DNA of 64,000 nt from Candidatus Multivoradales bacterium (GTDB taxonomy: Bacteria; Acidobacteriota; Thermoanaerobaculia; Multivoradales; JAHEKO01): assembly GCA_965223855.1 (NCBI GenBank), contig CBDCXM010000009.1, positions 1,248,001 through 1,312,000 on the forward strand, given 5' to 3'. Under the pieces are notes generated by a model. The model was given only the letters and a program-made list of their open reading frames with translations. It did not search any database and was not told where the DNA came from. This document shows positions 32,966 through 40,948 of this stretch, one piece after another (within the stretch, counting starts at the first letter, position 1; the number at the start of each line of letters is the position of its first letter). A program made the position numbers and the translations under genes.

Positions 32966-33083
32966 GTTCAGAGTGGCCGCTCGCGGCGGATGGGGATTCT
33001 AGGACATGGGGGGGAGTGGGGCAAGGCGAGGACCGGGGCTCGCCTATACTGGCGGGAGAACCGGATCAGCCACGGGGGTGCTC

Positions 33084-34148
33084 ATGCTGCGGAACAGGAT
33101 CGGATGGATCGCGACGTCGCTGCTGGTCGGCGCGATGCCGCTCGCTGCCGGCGGGCCGCTGGGATTCACCGGCAAGTCGGGGAACGACGCTCTGCGCGCG
33201 TTCGACCCTGCGACGGGGATGGCGGTCGGGGCGGACATCGATCTGTTGCCGGAGGGCGACTATCCCTACGACGCGACGGTCAACCCGGACGGGACGGAGG
33301 TCTGGATCGTCGGGGCCGTCGGCGACGGGGTGGTCGTCATCGACACCGAGACCCTTGCCGTCGTCGAGCGAATCGACCTCGCCGGCACGGCGGAGTATCC
33401 GGTCGACGTGCTCTTCGGCGGCTGCGGCAGGCCGGCCTATGTCGCCTCGCGCGACAGCGAGGTGGTGGCGATCATCAACCCCTCGACCTACACGGTGATC
33501 GACACGATCGACATGCCCGGGGTGATCGATGCCGGCAAGATGGCGATCAGCCCGACGCGCAACGAGCTCTACGTCGTCGACTGGTTCGACGACTTCCTCG
33601 TGGTCGTCGATCTGGCGACTCAGGCGACGAACGACATCGACATCGGCTCGAGCCTCTGGGACCTCACCATCTCCCCCGACGAGTCGACCCTCTTCGTCAA
33701 CGATCGCGGCACCGACGAGGTGCACGTGGTCGATCTCGACACTCTGATGGTGACCGACTCGGTGCCGGTGGGCGACGACCCGTGGGGGATCGACATCACC
33801 TCGGACGGCGCTACCGTGGTGGTCGCCAACGAGGACAGCTCTACGGTCACGGTCATCCCGACGGCCACCCTGGTGCCGCAGACGGTGTCGCTTCCGAGTG
33901 ACTCCGACCCGAGAGACGTCGTGATCGCCGAAGACGACGGCGTCGCCTTCGTGCCGTCGGGCGACATCGCCGGCGACGACGCGATCTACCGGGTCGATCT
34001 CGCCACCGGAGGACAGCTGGCGCCGATCGACGTCGGCGCGTCGAACACCAACGTCGTCGCCCTCGCGCCGGCCGGCAACGCGTGCGACCTCTTCGAGGAC
34101 GGCTTCGAGAGCGGCGACACGTCAGCGTGGAGCGCCACGGTTCCCTGA
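33084..34148 (+). CDS. secreted YVTN/YncE-type beta-propeller protein with C-terminal LFEDGFESGDTSAW motif
   Basis: Signal peptide; repeats such as PYDATVNPDGTEVW, PWGIDITSDGATVVVANEDSSTVTVI. Confidence 0.88.
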   Translation: MLRNRIGWIATSLLVGAMPLAAGGPLGFTGKSGNDALRAFDPATGMAVGADIDLLPEGDYPYDATVNPDGTEVWIVGAVGDGVVVIDTETLAVVERIDLAGTAEYPVDVLFGGCGRPAYVASRDSEVVAIINPSTYTVIDTIDMPGVIDAGKMAISPTRNELYVVDWFDDFLVVVDLATQATNDIDIGSSLWDLTISPDESTLFVNDRGTDEVHVVDLDTLMVTDSVPVGDDPWGIDITSDGATVVVANEDSSTVTVIPTATLVPQTVSLPSDSDPRDVVIAEDDGVAFVPSGDIAGDDAIYRVDLATGGQLAPIDVGASNTNVVALAPAGNACDLFEDGFESGDTSAWSATVP

Positions 34149-34196
34149 GTCTCAGTTCCTGAGTCACAGCTCCTGAGTTACAGTCCCCTGAGTCTC
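34144..34196 (+). repeat. 14-bp tandem repeat, about 3.7 copies (cctgagtYWcagYY)
   Basis: cctgagtctcagtt / cctgagtcacagct / cctgagttacagtc / c-cctgagtctc. Confidence 0.85.
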
Positions 34197-34202
34197 CGCT
34201 CC

Positions 34203-35279
34203 TTGATCAGCCGCCCGTTCGGCACCTCGCGACGCCGTCTCCTCGCCGCCCTGGGCCTGGCGCTCGCTCTCACCGCCTGCGGCGAGCCCGGCATCGAGGA
34301 GCGTCTGCACCTCGCGGCCTTTGCCGACGGCACCTCCGAGCTGCGCCTGGAGGTCGAGATCCCGCGAATCGCCGAAGACGCCTCGCCCGAGTGGGCCGAC
34401 CGGGTGGAAGAAGAGAGGCGCGCCTATCTCGAGGGCTGGGACCGCTGGGAGCGGCGCTTCGGCGAGGCTGGAGCGGTGCGCGAGACCTTCGCCTGGGAGA
34501 AGGGCGAGGGAGAGCTGCGGAGCCTCGAGCGCACCGCCGCTTTCGGCGACCCGGACGGCCTGGCGCGGTTCTTCGCCGACACCGACATCTCGGTGCTGCT
34601 CTTCCCCGACCCGGTCGAGGCGGAGCTGGTCGTCGCCACGGCGCCGTCGAGTCGAGCCACCGGCGAGGAGCGCGAGCTCTTCGAGGAGCGGCGCGAGCGC
34701 TGGGCACGGGCTGCGATCGAGTACATGGAGGAGGTCGGGCTGCTCTTCGCCTATCTCGACGCGCGCCCGGAGCGCGCCCGCTTCGTCTTCCTCGCCCTCT
34801 TCACCGACGCCGAGCCGCGGATGACCGACGGTGAGCTGGCCCAGCTGGAGACGCTCATCGAGGCGTTCAGCGCCGTCTTCGAGACGGCCGAGCGCCAGCC
34901 GGGCGAGGCGCTCGGGCTCGACGAGCTGGCGCGGCTCGTCTGCGACCCGTTCCCGGCGCCGCTCGAGGTGGTCGTCGACGGTCGGGTGAGCGAGGTCGAG
35001 GGGTTCGTCGAGGGCGCGGACGGCGGCTGGCAGGCGTCGGCGCCGCGACTTGAGCAGGCGCTCGAGCGCCTCGAGACGGCGTTCGTCGAGCCGCCGCTCC
35101 TGACGACTTACACCCGGGTGACGGAGTTCGGCGAGCCGTTCGACGCGCGGGAGTTCGCGGCGCGTCCCCGCCGGGTCGCCGAGCTGCCGACGACCGACGA
35201 GGTGGTGGAGCGTTTCGAAGAACTCCTGGCGCCGGCCGAGGAGTATCGCCTGCGCTGGCGCGTCGCCCCCGCCGGCTGA
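34203..35279 (+). CDS. hypothetical lipoprotein
   Basis: SRRRLLAALGLALALTA-C lipobox; acidic, protein-like body. Confidence 0.8.
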   Translation: MISRPFGTSRRRLLAALGLALALTACGEPGIEERLHLAAFADGTSELRLEVEIPRIAEDASPEWADRVEEERRAYLEGWDRWERRFGEAGAVRETFAWEKGEGELRSLERTAAFGDPDGLARFFADTDISVLLFPDPVEAELVVATAPSSRATGEERELFEERRERWARAAIEYMEEVGLLFAYLDARPERARFVFLALFTDAEPRMTDGELAQLETLIEAFSAVFETAERQPGEALGLDELARLVCDPFPAPLEVVVDGRVSEVEGFVEGADGGWQASAPRLEQALERLETAFVEPPLLTTYTRVTEFGEPFDAREFAARPRRVAELPTTDEVVERFEELLAPAEEYRLRWRVAPAG

Positions 35280-35303
35280 TCTCTTCTCCCTCCGAACGGC
35301 GAA

Positions 35304-35333
35304 GCGGGCGCCCGCCGCGAAGCGAGCGCCCGC
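35304..35333. terminator. hairpin between convergent genes
   Basis: gcgggcg-cccgc..gcgag-cgcccgc inverted repeat. Confidence 0.45.
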
Positions 35334-35359
35334 CCGAAGGAGGTTTGCTGATCCGGGAG

Positions 35360-36556
35360 TCAGCGCCGCACGATCCGGATCACGCCGTTGATCGTCTTGA
35401 GCCGCACCAGGTGCTCGCCGCCGCCGGTCACACCGGTGGCGCGGATGATCTTGTGAGAGTCGCCGTAGCGGCGGCCGTCGCGACCGCTGCCGCGCGGCGA
35501 CCAGTCGGCCGGCTCGTCGATGTCGAGGTCGAAGTCGCTGTCGATTCGCGCCTTCTCCTCGCGCTTGCGCAGCTTCACCAGCTCGATGTCGAAGCGCGCC
35601 GAGAAGTCCGCCGGCAGGATCACCGTCAGGTCGCCGCCCATCGACTCGAGCTCGATGTCGTGAGAGCCCACGGTGGTGTAGCCGTCGACGGTGACCTCGA
35701 TGTCGCCACCCATGGTGGTCGCTTCCAGATCGCCGTCGAAGCTGTCGAAGGTGATGTCGCCACCCATCGTCAGCACTTCGGTCTCGCCGGTCGCGGCGCG
35801 AACGTCGATGTCGCCACCCATGGTGGTCGCCTTGAGGAAGTTGTCGACCGACGCGACGCGGATATCGCCGCCCATCGTCTCGACTTCGGCGCCGTTGGGG
35901 GCCTGGTCGACCTTGATATCGCCGCCGAACGAGTCGATCTTGACGGCGCTCGCGCTGCCGGAGCCGGAGCGGCGATCGTTGGTGCGGGTGACGTCGCCGC
36001 CCATGGTGGAGCCGTCGATGCTGCCGGCGACGTTGTCGAAGTTGACGTCGCCGCCCATCGTCGACACCTTGCCGTCGAGGTCGCTGTCGTTGACGTCGAT
36101 GTCGCCGCCCATCGTGGTGAGCTTCGCCTTACCGTTGAGCGATCTGAGGACGATGTCGCCGCCCATCGTGCGACCCTCGAAGTTCCCTTCGAGGTCGCGC
36201 AGCTCGACGTCGCCGCCCATGCTGTCGAGGTCGACGTCGAAGCGCGTCGGCACCTTGACCGTGATCTTGACGTCGCGGCCCCAGCCGTTGCCGCCACGGT
36301 CGCGGGTGTGGATCTCGATGCCGTTGGCGGTGCGGCGCGAGGTCGCCTCGACGCCTTCGGCGTTGCGGCCTTCGATCCTGATGGTAACGGTGGCGGTGTT
36401 GCCGGCGCCGCCGACCACTTCGATGTCACCGCCGGTATCGAGATCGAACTCCACGGTCTCACCGGGCGAGACGTCGAACTCGTCGGTCGTGGTGCCTGCG
36501 GCGAGGCTGCTGCCGAAGCTCAGGAAGAGAGCGAGGGGAATGAGGAACTTGCGCAT
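35360..36556 (-). CDS. DUF4097 beta-strand repeat (adhesin-like) secreted protein
   Basis: AGGAG RBS; signal peptide; about 11 TMGGDI-type repeats; ends KTINGVIRI. Confidence 0.88.
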   Translation of the reverse strand: MRKFLIPLALFLSFGSSLAAGTTTDEFDVSPGETVEFDLDTGGDIEVVGGAGNTATVTIRIEGRNAEGVEATSRRTANGIEIHTRDRGGNGWGRDVKITVKVPTRFDVDLDSMGGDVELRDLEGNFEGRTMGGDIVLRSLNGKAKLTTMGGDIDVNDSDLDGKVSTMGGDVNFDNVAGSIDGSTMGGDVTRTNDRRSGSGSASAVKIDSFGGDIKVDQAPNGAEVETMGGDIRVASVDNFLKATTMGGDIDVRAATGETEVLTMGGDITFDSFDGDLEATTMGGDIEVTVDGYTTVGSHDIELESMGGDLTVILPADFSARFDIELVKLRKREEKARIDSDFDLDIDEPADWSPRGSGRDGRRYGDSHKIIRATGVTGGGEHLVRLKTINGVIRIVRR

Positions 36557-36618
36557 GAGGAATCTCCTGAAGAGAGGTAGGTCGGTCGTAGGGGAGGGTG
36601 TGAGTCGTTGGATGACGG

Positions 36619-37530
36619 TCAAAGGGAGTTGCGGTTGAGGCGCTGACGCGCGTGCCACAGCACGGCGTCCTCACCGGTGGCGGGCGTCGCGAGGGTGTCG
36701 AGAAACTCGTCGCCCAGGAGCGCCTCGTCGAGAGATTCGACGGCGATCAGCCGCATCGCGACCGAGGTGTCGTTCTCGAGCACGGCCAGCAAGGTCTCCT
36801 GGGTGTCGGCCGCAAGCGGTGCTTCCGCCACCAGCCGCTGGAGCGCCTTGAGCCGCACCGAGACGTTGGGATCGCCCGTCGCTGCCTGGATCAGTGCGCG
36901 GCGCAGTCGGGGATGGCTGCCCTGGGCATGGCGCACGATGTCGAGGCGGGCGTCGAGCGGCGCGTCGCCGACCAGCGAGCCGGCGAGGATCTCGGTGACG
37001 AGGGCGTCGTCCTTCGGCCGCACCAGCTCGAGGTCGCTCTCGAGGGCGACCCGCAGGGCGACCCGGTCGCCGTCGAGCTCGTCGAGTTGCAGGTTCGTAT
37101 AGCGGAACGGCGTCGCCGGATCGTCGGCGCTCGCGGCGACGAACTCCGCCAGAGTCAGCGGTTCGGGTGCCGGCGCGGGAGCGTCGGTGCGCCCGAGGCC
37201 GAGGCCGACGGCGAAGGCGGCGAGCGCCGCCGCCAGCGGCCACCAGCGGGCCGGCGAAGGGGGGCCTCCGGCGGCAGGAAGAGAGACGACGTTGCCGCCC
37301 TCGAGGGTGCGGCGCACGCCGCTTCGCATCGCTGCGAAGTCGGCCGCCGACGGCTCGTCGCCGGGCGGATCGAGCCGCTCGAGTGTCGCCACCAGCTCGG
37401 CGAGCTCCTCGAGCTCTTCGCCGGCGACGCCGCCAAGGAGGCGCGCCGTCTCGTCGGCGTCGAGGCGCCGCTCGAAGAGCGCTTCCATCAGGGCTTCGTG
37501 TTCGCTGTCGTGTCGGTCGTCGTGTCCCAT
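36619..37530 (-). CDS. anti-sigma-like membrane protein with C-terminal HEAT repeats
   Basis: Follows the ECF sigma gene; central TM; DPNVSVRLKALQRL and DTSVAMRLIAVESL HEAT-like repeats. Confidence 0.78.
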   Translation of the reverse strand: MGHDDRHDSEHEALMEALFERRLDADETARLLGGVAGEELEELAELVATLERLDPPGDEPSAADFAAMRSGVRRTLEGGNVVSLPAAGGPPSPARWWPLAAALAAFAVGLGLGRTDAPAPAPEPLTLAEFVAASADDPATPFRYTNLQLDELDGDRVALRVALESDLELVRPKDDALVTEILAGSLVGDAPLDARLDIVRHAQGSHPRLRRALIQAATGDPNVSVRLKALQRLVAEAPLAADTQETLLAVLENDTSVAMRLIAVESLDEALLGDEFLDTLATPATGEDAVLWHARQRLNRNSL

Positions 37531-37549
37531 GTCGGGCTCCGTTCCTGGG

Positions 37550-38092
37550 TCAGGAGGCGATCGCGAGCTGCTGGCGCAGCTTGCGCAGCCCCCGGAAGAG
37601 CAGGTTGCGGGCGGTTCCTTCGCTGCACTCGAGGATGCCGGCCACTTCGCGGATCGGCATCTCCTTGAGATAGCGCAGTTCGATCGCCATCCGGTGGCGC
37701 GGGTTGAGTTCGGAAAGCGCCGAGAGCACCTCGCGCTGGCGCTCGCGATGGAGCAGCTCGTGCGACTGGTGCTCGGGGGTATGGCGCTCGCGCACCAGGT
37801 GCCACGCTTCGTGCCGCGCCTGGCGGCGCGTAGTGCTCTTGGCGGTGTTGATGCCGACGTTGACGGCAATTCTCGACAGCCAGCTCTTGAGCGACTCGCC
37901 GCGGAAGCTCTCGAGCTTGCGGTACGCCTTGAGGAAGATGTCCTGCGTGAGGTCGAGCGCCTCCTCGGAGTTGCTGGCGAACGAGGCGACGAGGCTGTAG
38001 ACGAGCCGCTCGTAGCGGCGCATCAGCGTGTCGAAGGCGTCGAGGTCGCCGGTGAGGACGGCGTCGACGAGCTGGCGGTCGGTGGTTTCCAT
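37550..38092 (-). CDS. ECF sigma-70 factor (RpoE/SigW-like)
   Basis: GDLDAFDTLMRRY, DLTQDIFLKAY, SWLSRIAVN, EVAGILECSEGTARNLLFRG. Confidence 0.92.
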   Translation of the reverse strand: METTDRQLVDAVLTGDLDAFDTLMRRYERLVYSLVASFASNSEEALDLTQDIFLKAYRKLESFRGESLKSWLSRIAVNVGINTAKSTTRRQARHEAWHLVRERHTPEHQSHELLHRERQREVLSALSELNPRHRMAIELRYLKEMPIREVAGILECSEGTARNLLFRGLRKLRQQLAIAS

Positions 38093-38186
38093 CGGTTGAA
38101 CGGCCGTTCGGCCTCGATTCAACCCATAGGACAGCACCCTGTGGGAGTTGTTAGCAACTCCCGGCCGGCGAAGTCAGGCCCCGCGG

Positions 38187-38975
38187 TCAGTCGATCAGCC
38201 CGGTCATCGGGCTCGAGGCCGAAGCGTGGAGGCGCCGCGGGATCCGCCCGGCGTGGCGCGCCAGCCACCCCGCCTCGACGGCGAGCTTCATCGCCCGCGC
38301 CATCGTCACCGGATCGTCGGCCTCGGCGACCGCCGTGTTCATCAGCACCGCCTCGGCGCCGAGCTCCATCGCCACCGCGGCGTCCGACGCGGTGCCGACA
38401 CCGGCGTCGACGATCACCGGCACCGTCGCCTGCTCGAGGATGATCCTCAGGTTGGCCGGGTTGCGGATTCCCATGCCCGAGCCGATCGGCGCCCCGAGGG
38501 GCATCACCGCCGCGACACCCAGGTCCTGCAGCTTGCGGCACACCACCGGGTCGTCGTTGGTGTAGGGAAGCACCACGAAGCCTTCGTCGACGAGCGTCTT
38601 GGTGGCCACCAGCAGCTCGTCGTTGTCGGGGAAGAGGGTCTCCTTGTCGCCGATCACCTCGAGCTTGACCCAGTTCCAGCCGCCGAGCTCGCGCGCCAGC
38701 CGCGCGGTACGGATCGCCTCGTCGGCGGTGTAGCAGCCGGCAGTGTTGGGCAGCAGCAGATAGCGCTCCGGGTCGATCCGGTCGATCAGCGACCCGTGCC
38801 CCAGCTCGTCGAGGTTCACGCGTCGCAGCGCCACCGTCACCATCTCGGTGCCGGACGCTTCGAGCGCCCGCACCATCGTCTCGGCGTCGTCGTACTTGCC
38901 GGTGCCGAGAATCAGTCGCGACCGGAACTCACGGTCTCCGAGGCGCATCGGCGGCAGAGGGGCAGGCGTCGTCAT
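38187..38975 (-). CDS. thiG: thiazole synthase
   Basis: [53 protein letters not shown]. Confidence 0.97.
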   Translation of the reverse strand: MTTPAPLPPMRLGDREFRSRLILGTGKYDDAETMVRALEASGTEMVTVALRRVNLDELGHGSLIDRIDPERYLLLPNTAGCYTADEAIRTARLARELGGWNWVKLEVIGDKETLFPDNDELLVATKTLVDEGFVVLPYTNDDPVVCRKLQDLGVAAVMPLGAPIGSGMGIRNPANLRIILEQATVPVIVDAGVGTASDAAVAMELGAEAVLMNTAVAEADDPVTMARAMKLAVEAGWLARHAGRIPRRLHASASSPMTGLID

Positions 38976-39035
38976 GGCACAGGTTTCCTTCGTGCGAAGA
39001 GGGTGGAGCGTCGGATGGGTGCGGTGGAGAAGGAC

Positions 39036-39689
39036 TCAGCCGTCGCCCGGCGTACCCAGCGGGACGTAGTACTGCGTCCCCTTGATCGGCTTCTGGAGCT
39101 GGGTGACCAGCTCCTCGAAGTCCTGCTCGCGCTCGACCACGTTGAGGTTGCGGGTGTCGACCACCAGGAGCGGCGAGCGGTTGTAGTAGTGGTAGTAGTG
39201 GTTGTAGGCGTCGATCAGCTCGCTCAGGTAGTCCTTCGACATGCGGCGCTCGAAGCTGCGGTTTCGCTTGCCGATGCGCTCGAGGCAGGTGTCGACGTCG
39301 GCGGTGAGATACAGCACCAGATCGGGGACCGCCACCTGCGGCTCCAGCAGGCCGAAGAGCTTGTCGAAGAGCATCAGCTCGTCGTCGGTCAGGTTGAGGT
39401 AAGCGAAGATCCGGTTCTTCGGGAAGGTGTAGTCCGAGACCAGGAGCTGCTGGAAGAGATCGCGCTGGAAGATGTCCTGCTGCTGCTTGAAGCGCGACAG
39501 CAGGAAGTAGAGCTCGGTCTGAAAGGCGGAGCCGGCGCGGTCGTTGTAGAAGTCGGTGAGGAACGGGTTGTCGACGTCTTCGAGGATCTTCGTGCCGTGG
39601 AAGCGCTGGGTCAGCATGTTGACGAGCGTCGTCTTGCCGACCCCGATCGGGCCGTCGACCGCCAGGTAGTGGAAGGGGAGCGAGCTCAT
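39036..39689 (-). CDS. deoxynucleoside kinase
   Basis: DGPIGVGKTTL P-loop, NPFLTDFY, PDLVLYLTA, RIGKRNRSFE. Confidence 0.92.
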   Translation of the reverse strand: MSSLPFHYLAVDGPIGVGKTTLVNMLTQRFHGTKILEDVDNPFLTDFYNDRAGSAFQTELYFLLSRFKQQQDIFQRDLFQQLLVSDYTFPKNRIFAYLNLTDDELMLFDKLFGLLEPQVAVPDLVLYLTADVDTCLERIGKRNRSFERRMSKDYLSELIDAYNHYYHYYNRSPLLVVDTRNLNVVEREQDFEELVTQLQKPIKGTQYYVPLGTPGDG

Positions 39690-40856
39690 CAGCCGGCTAC
39701 CGGGGCCGCCGGCGCGGGTTGGCCGGGCGCTTCGGCGCCGCCCGCCGGCGGGCCGAGCGGGTTGTAGAGCGTGTCGCGCTGCACCGGCTCGAAGCCCGCC
39801 TCACGGACGATCCGCTCGAGCTCCGGCCGCGCCAGATGCTGCTCCGTCTCGGCACCGGCCATGTGGTAGATCGTCTCCTCGACCACCGTTCCGTCGATGT
39901 CGTCGGCGCCGAACGACAGCGCGACCTGCGCGAGCTTCGGCGTCACCATCACCCAGTACGCCTTGATGTGGTCGATGTTGTCGAGCACCAGACGGGACGT
40001 GGCGAGGTGGCGAAGATCGTCCGACCCGGTCGTGTGGTACTTGAGCCCCATGTAGTTGTTCTCGGGGTGGTAGGCGAGCGGGATGAAGGCGTTGAAGCCG
40101 CCCGTCTCGTCCTGAAGGTCGCGTAGCCGCATCAGGTGATCGACCTTGTGCTCCGGCTTCTCGACGTGGCCGTAGAGCATCGTCGAGTTGCTGCGGATGC
40201 CGAGCCCGTGGGCGATGCGATGGACCTCGATCCATTCGTCGGAGTCGAGCTTGCCGTCGCAGATGATCTCGCGCACCTCGGGGTGGAAGATCTCCGCGCC
40301 ACCGCCCGGCAGCGACCCGAGCCCCAGCCTCGCGCATCCGCTCGAGCACCTCGCGGATCGAGATCTTCTCGAGCTTCGCGAACCAGCCGATCTCGATGGC
40401 GGTGAACGCCTTGAGGTGGACGCTCGGGAAGCGCTCCTTCAACCCCCGCAGCATCTCGAGATACCACTCGAGCGACAGATCGGGGTGGAGGCCGCCGACG
40501 ATGTGGAACTCGGTGACCTTGTCGCCCCCCTGCTTCGCCGCGTGCTCGTAGACGTCGTCGTGGCTCATCTCCCAGGCGTGGTCCTCGCCCGGCAGCGCCG
40601 CGAAGCCGCAGAACTTGCAGTTGTAGGTGTAGACGCAGACGTTGGTCGGGTTGATGTGGCGGTTGATGTTGTAGAACGCCACGTTCCCATGTCGTCGCCG
40701 CCGCACCGTGTCGGCCAGCCGGCCGAGGTGCAGCAGGTGCGGGGTGGTGAAGCAGACGAGCGCGTCGTCGGCGCTCAGCCGTTCGCCGTCCCGGACCTTG
40801 GTGGCGATCTCCGTGAGCGATTCCGGGAAGCTCTCGGGCCGGATCGGACGAGTCAT
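39689..40856 (-). CDS. mqnE: aminofutalosine synthase (CofH/MqnE radical SAM); apparent +1 indel at 40322-40325
   Basis: HINPTNVC..CKFC, EFHIVGGLHP, KAFTAIEI; after removing one base: GLGSLPGGGAEIF, TMLYGHVE, LRDLQDETGGFNAFIPLAYHPEN, HIKAYWVM, FGADDIDGTVVEE. Confidence 0.9.
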
Positions 40857-40948
40857 GGGACGCGAGATGTTATCAGCCGCTTCCGGCCCCCGGCGGTCGT
40901 GCGCGAGCGCTCTCGGGGGCCGGCGGCGGGGGGTACTATGGGCAGCCG

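Noticed and set aside
34144-34196. Possible mini-CRISPR array
   Set aside because: 14-bp units are contiguous with no unique spacers, and there are no cas genes in the window.
35600-36440. Regularly spaced atgtcgccgcccat repeats
   Set aside because: They are the coding TMGGDI repeats of the DUF4097 protein, not a DNA-level array.
38976-39035. TPP riboswitch upstream of thiG
   Set aside because: The gap is only 60 nt and lacks the GCTGAGA and CTGAT..AGCG core motifs.
40322-40325. Frameshifts in mqnE, tetR (~62988), the first FG-GAP gene (~145) and HerA as programmed frameshifting or phase variation
   Set aside because: All are single-base indels in short G/C runs with no slippery heptamer or long tract; long-read consensus error is the simplest explanation (needs read polishing to confirm).
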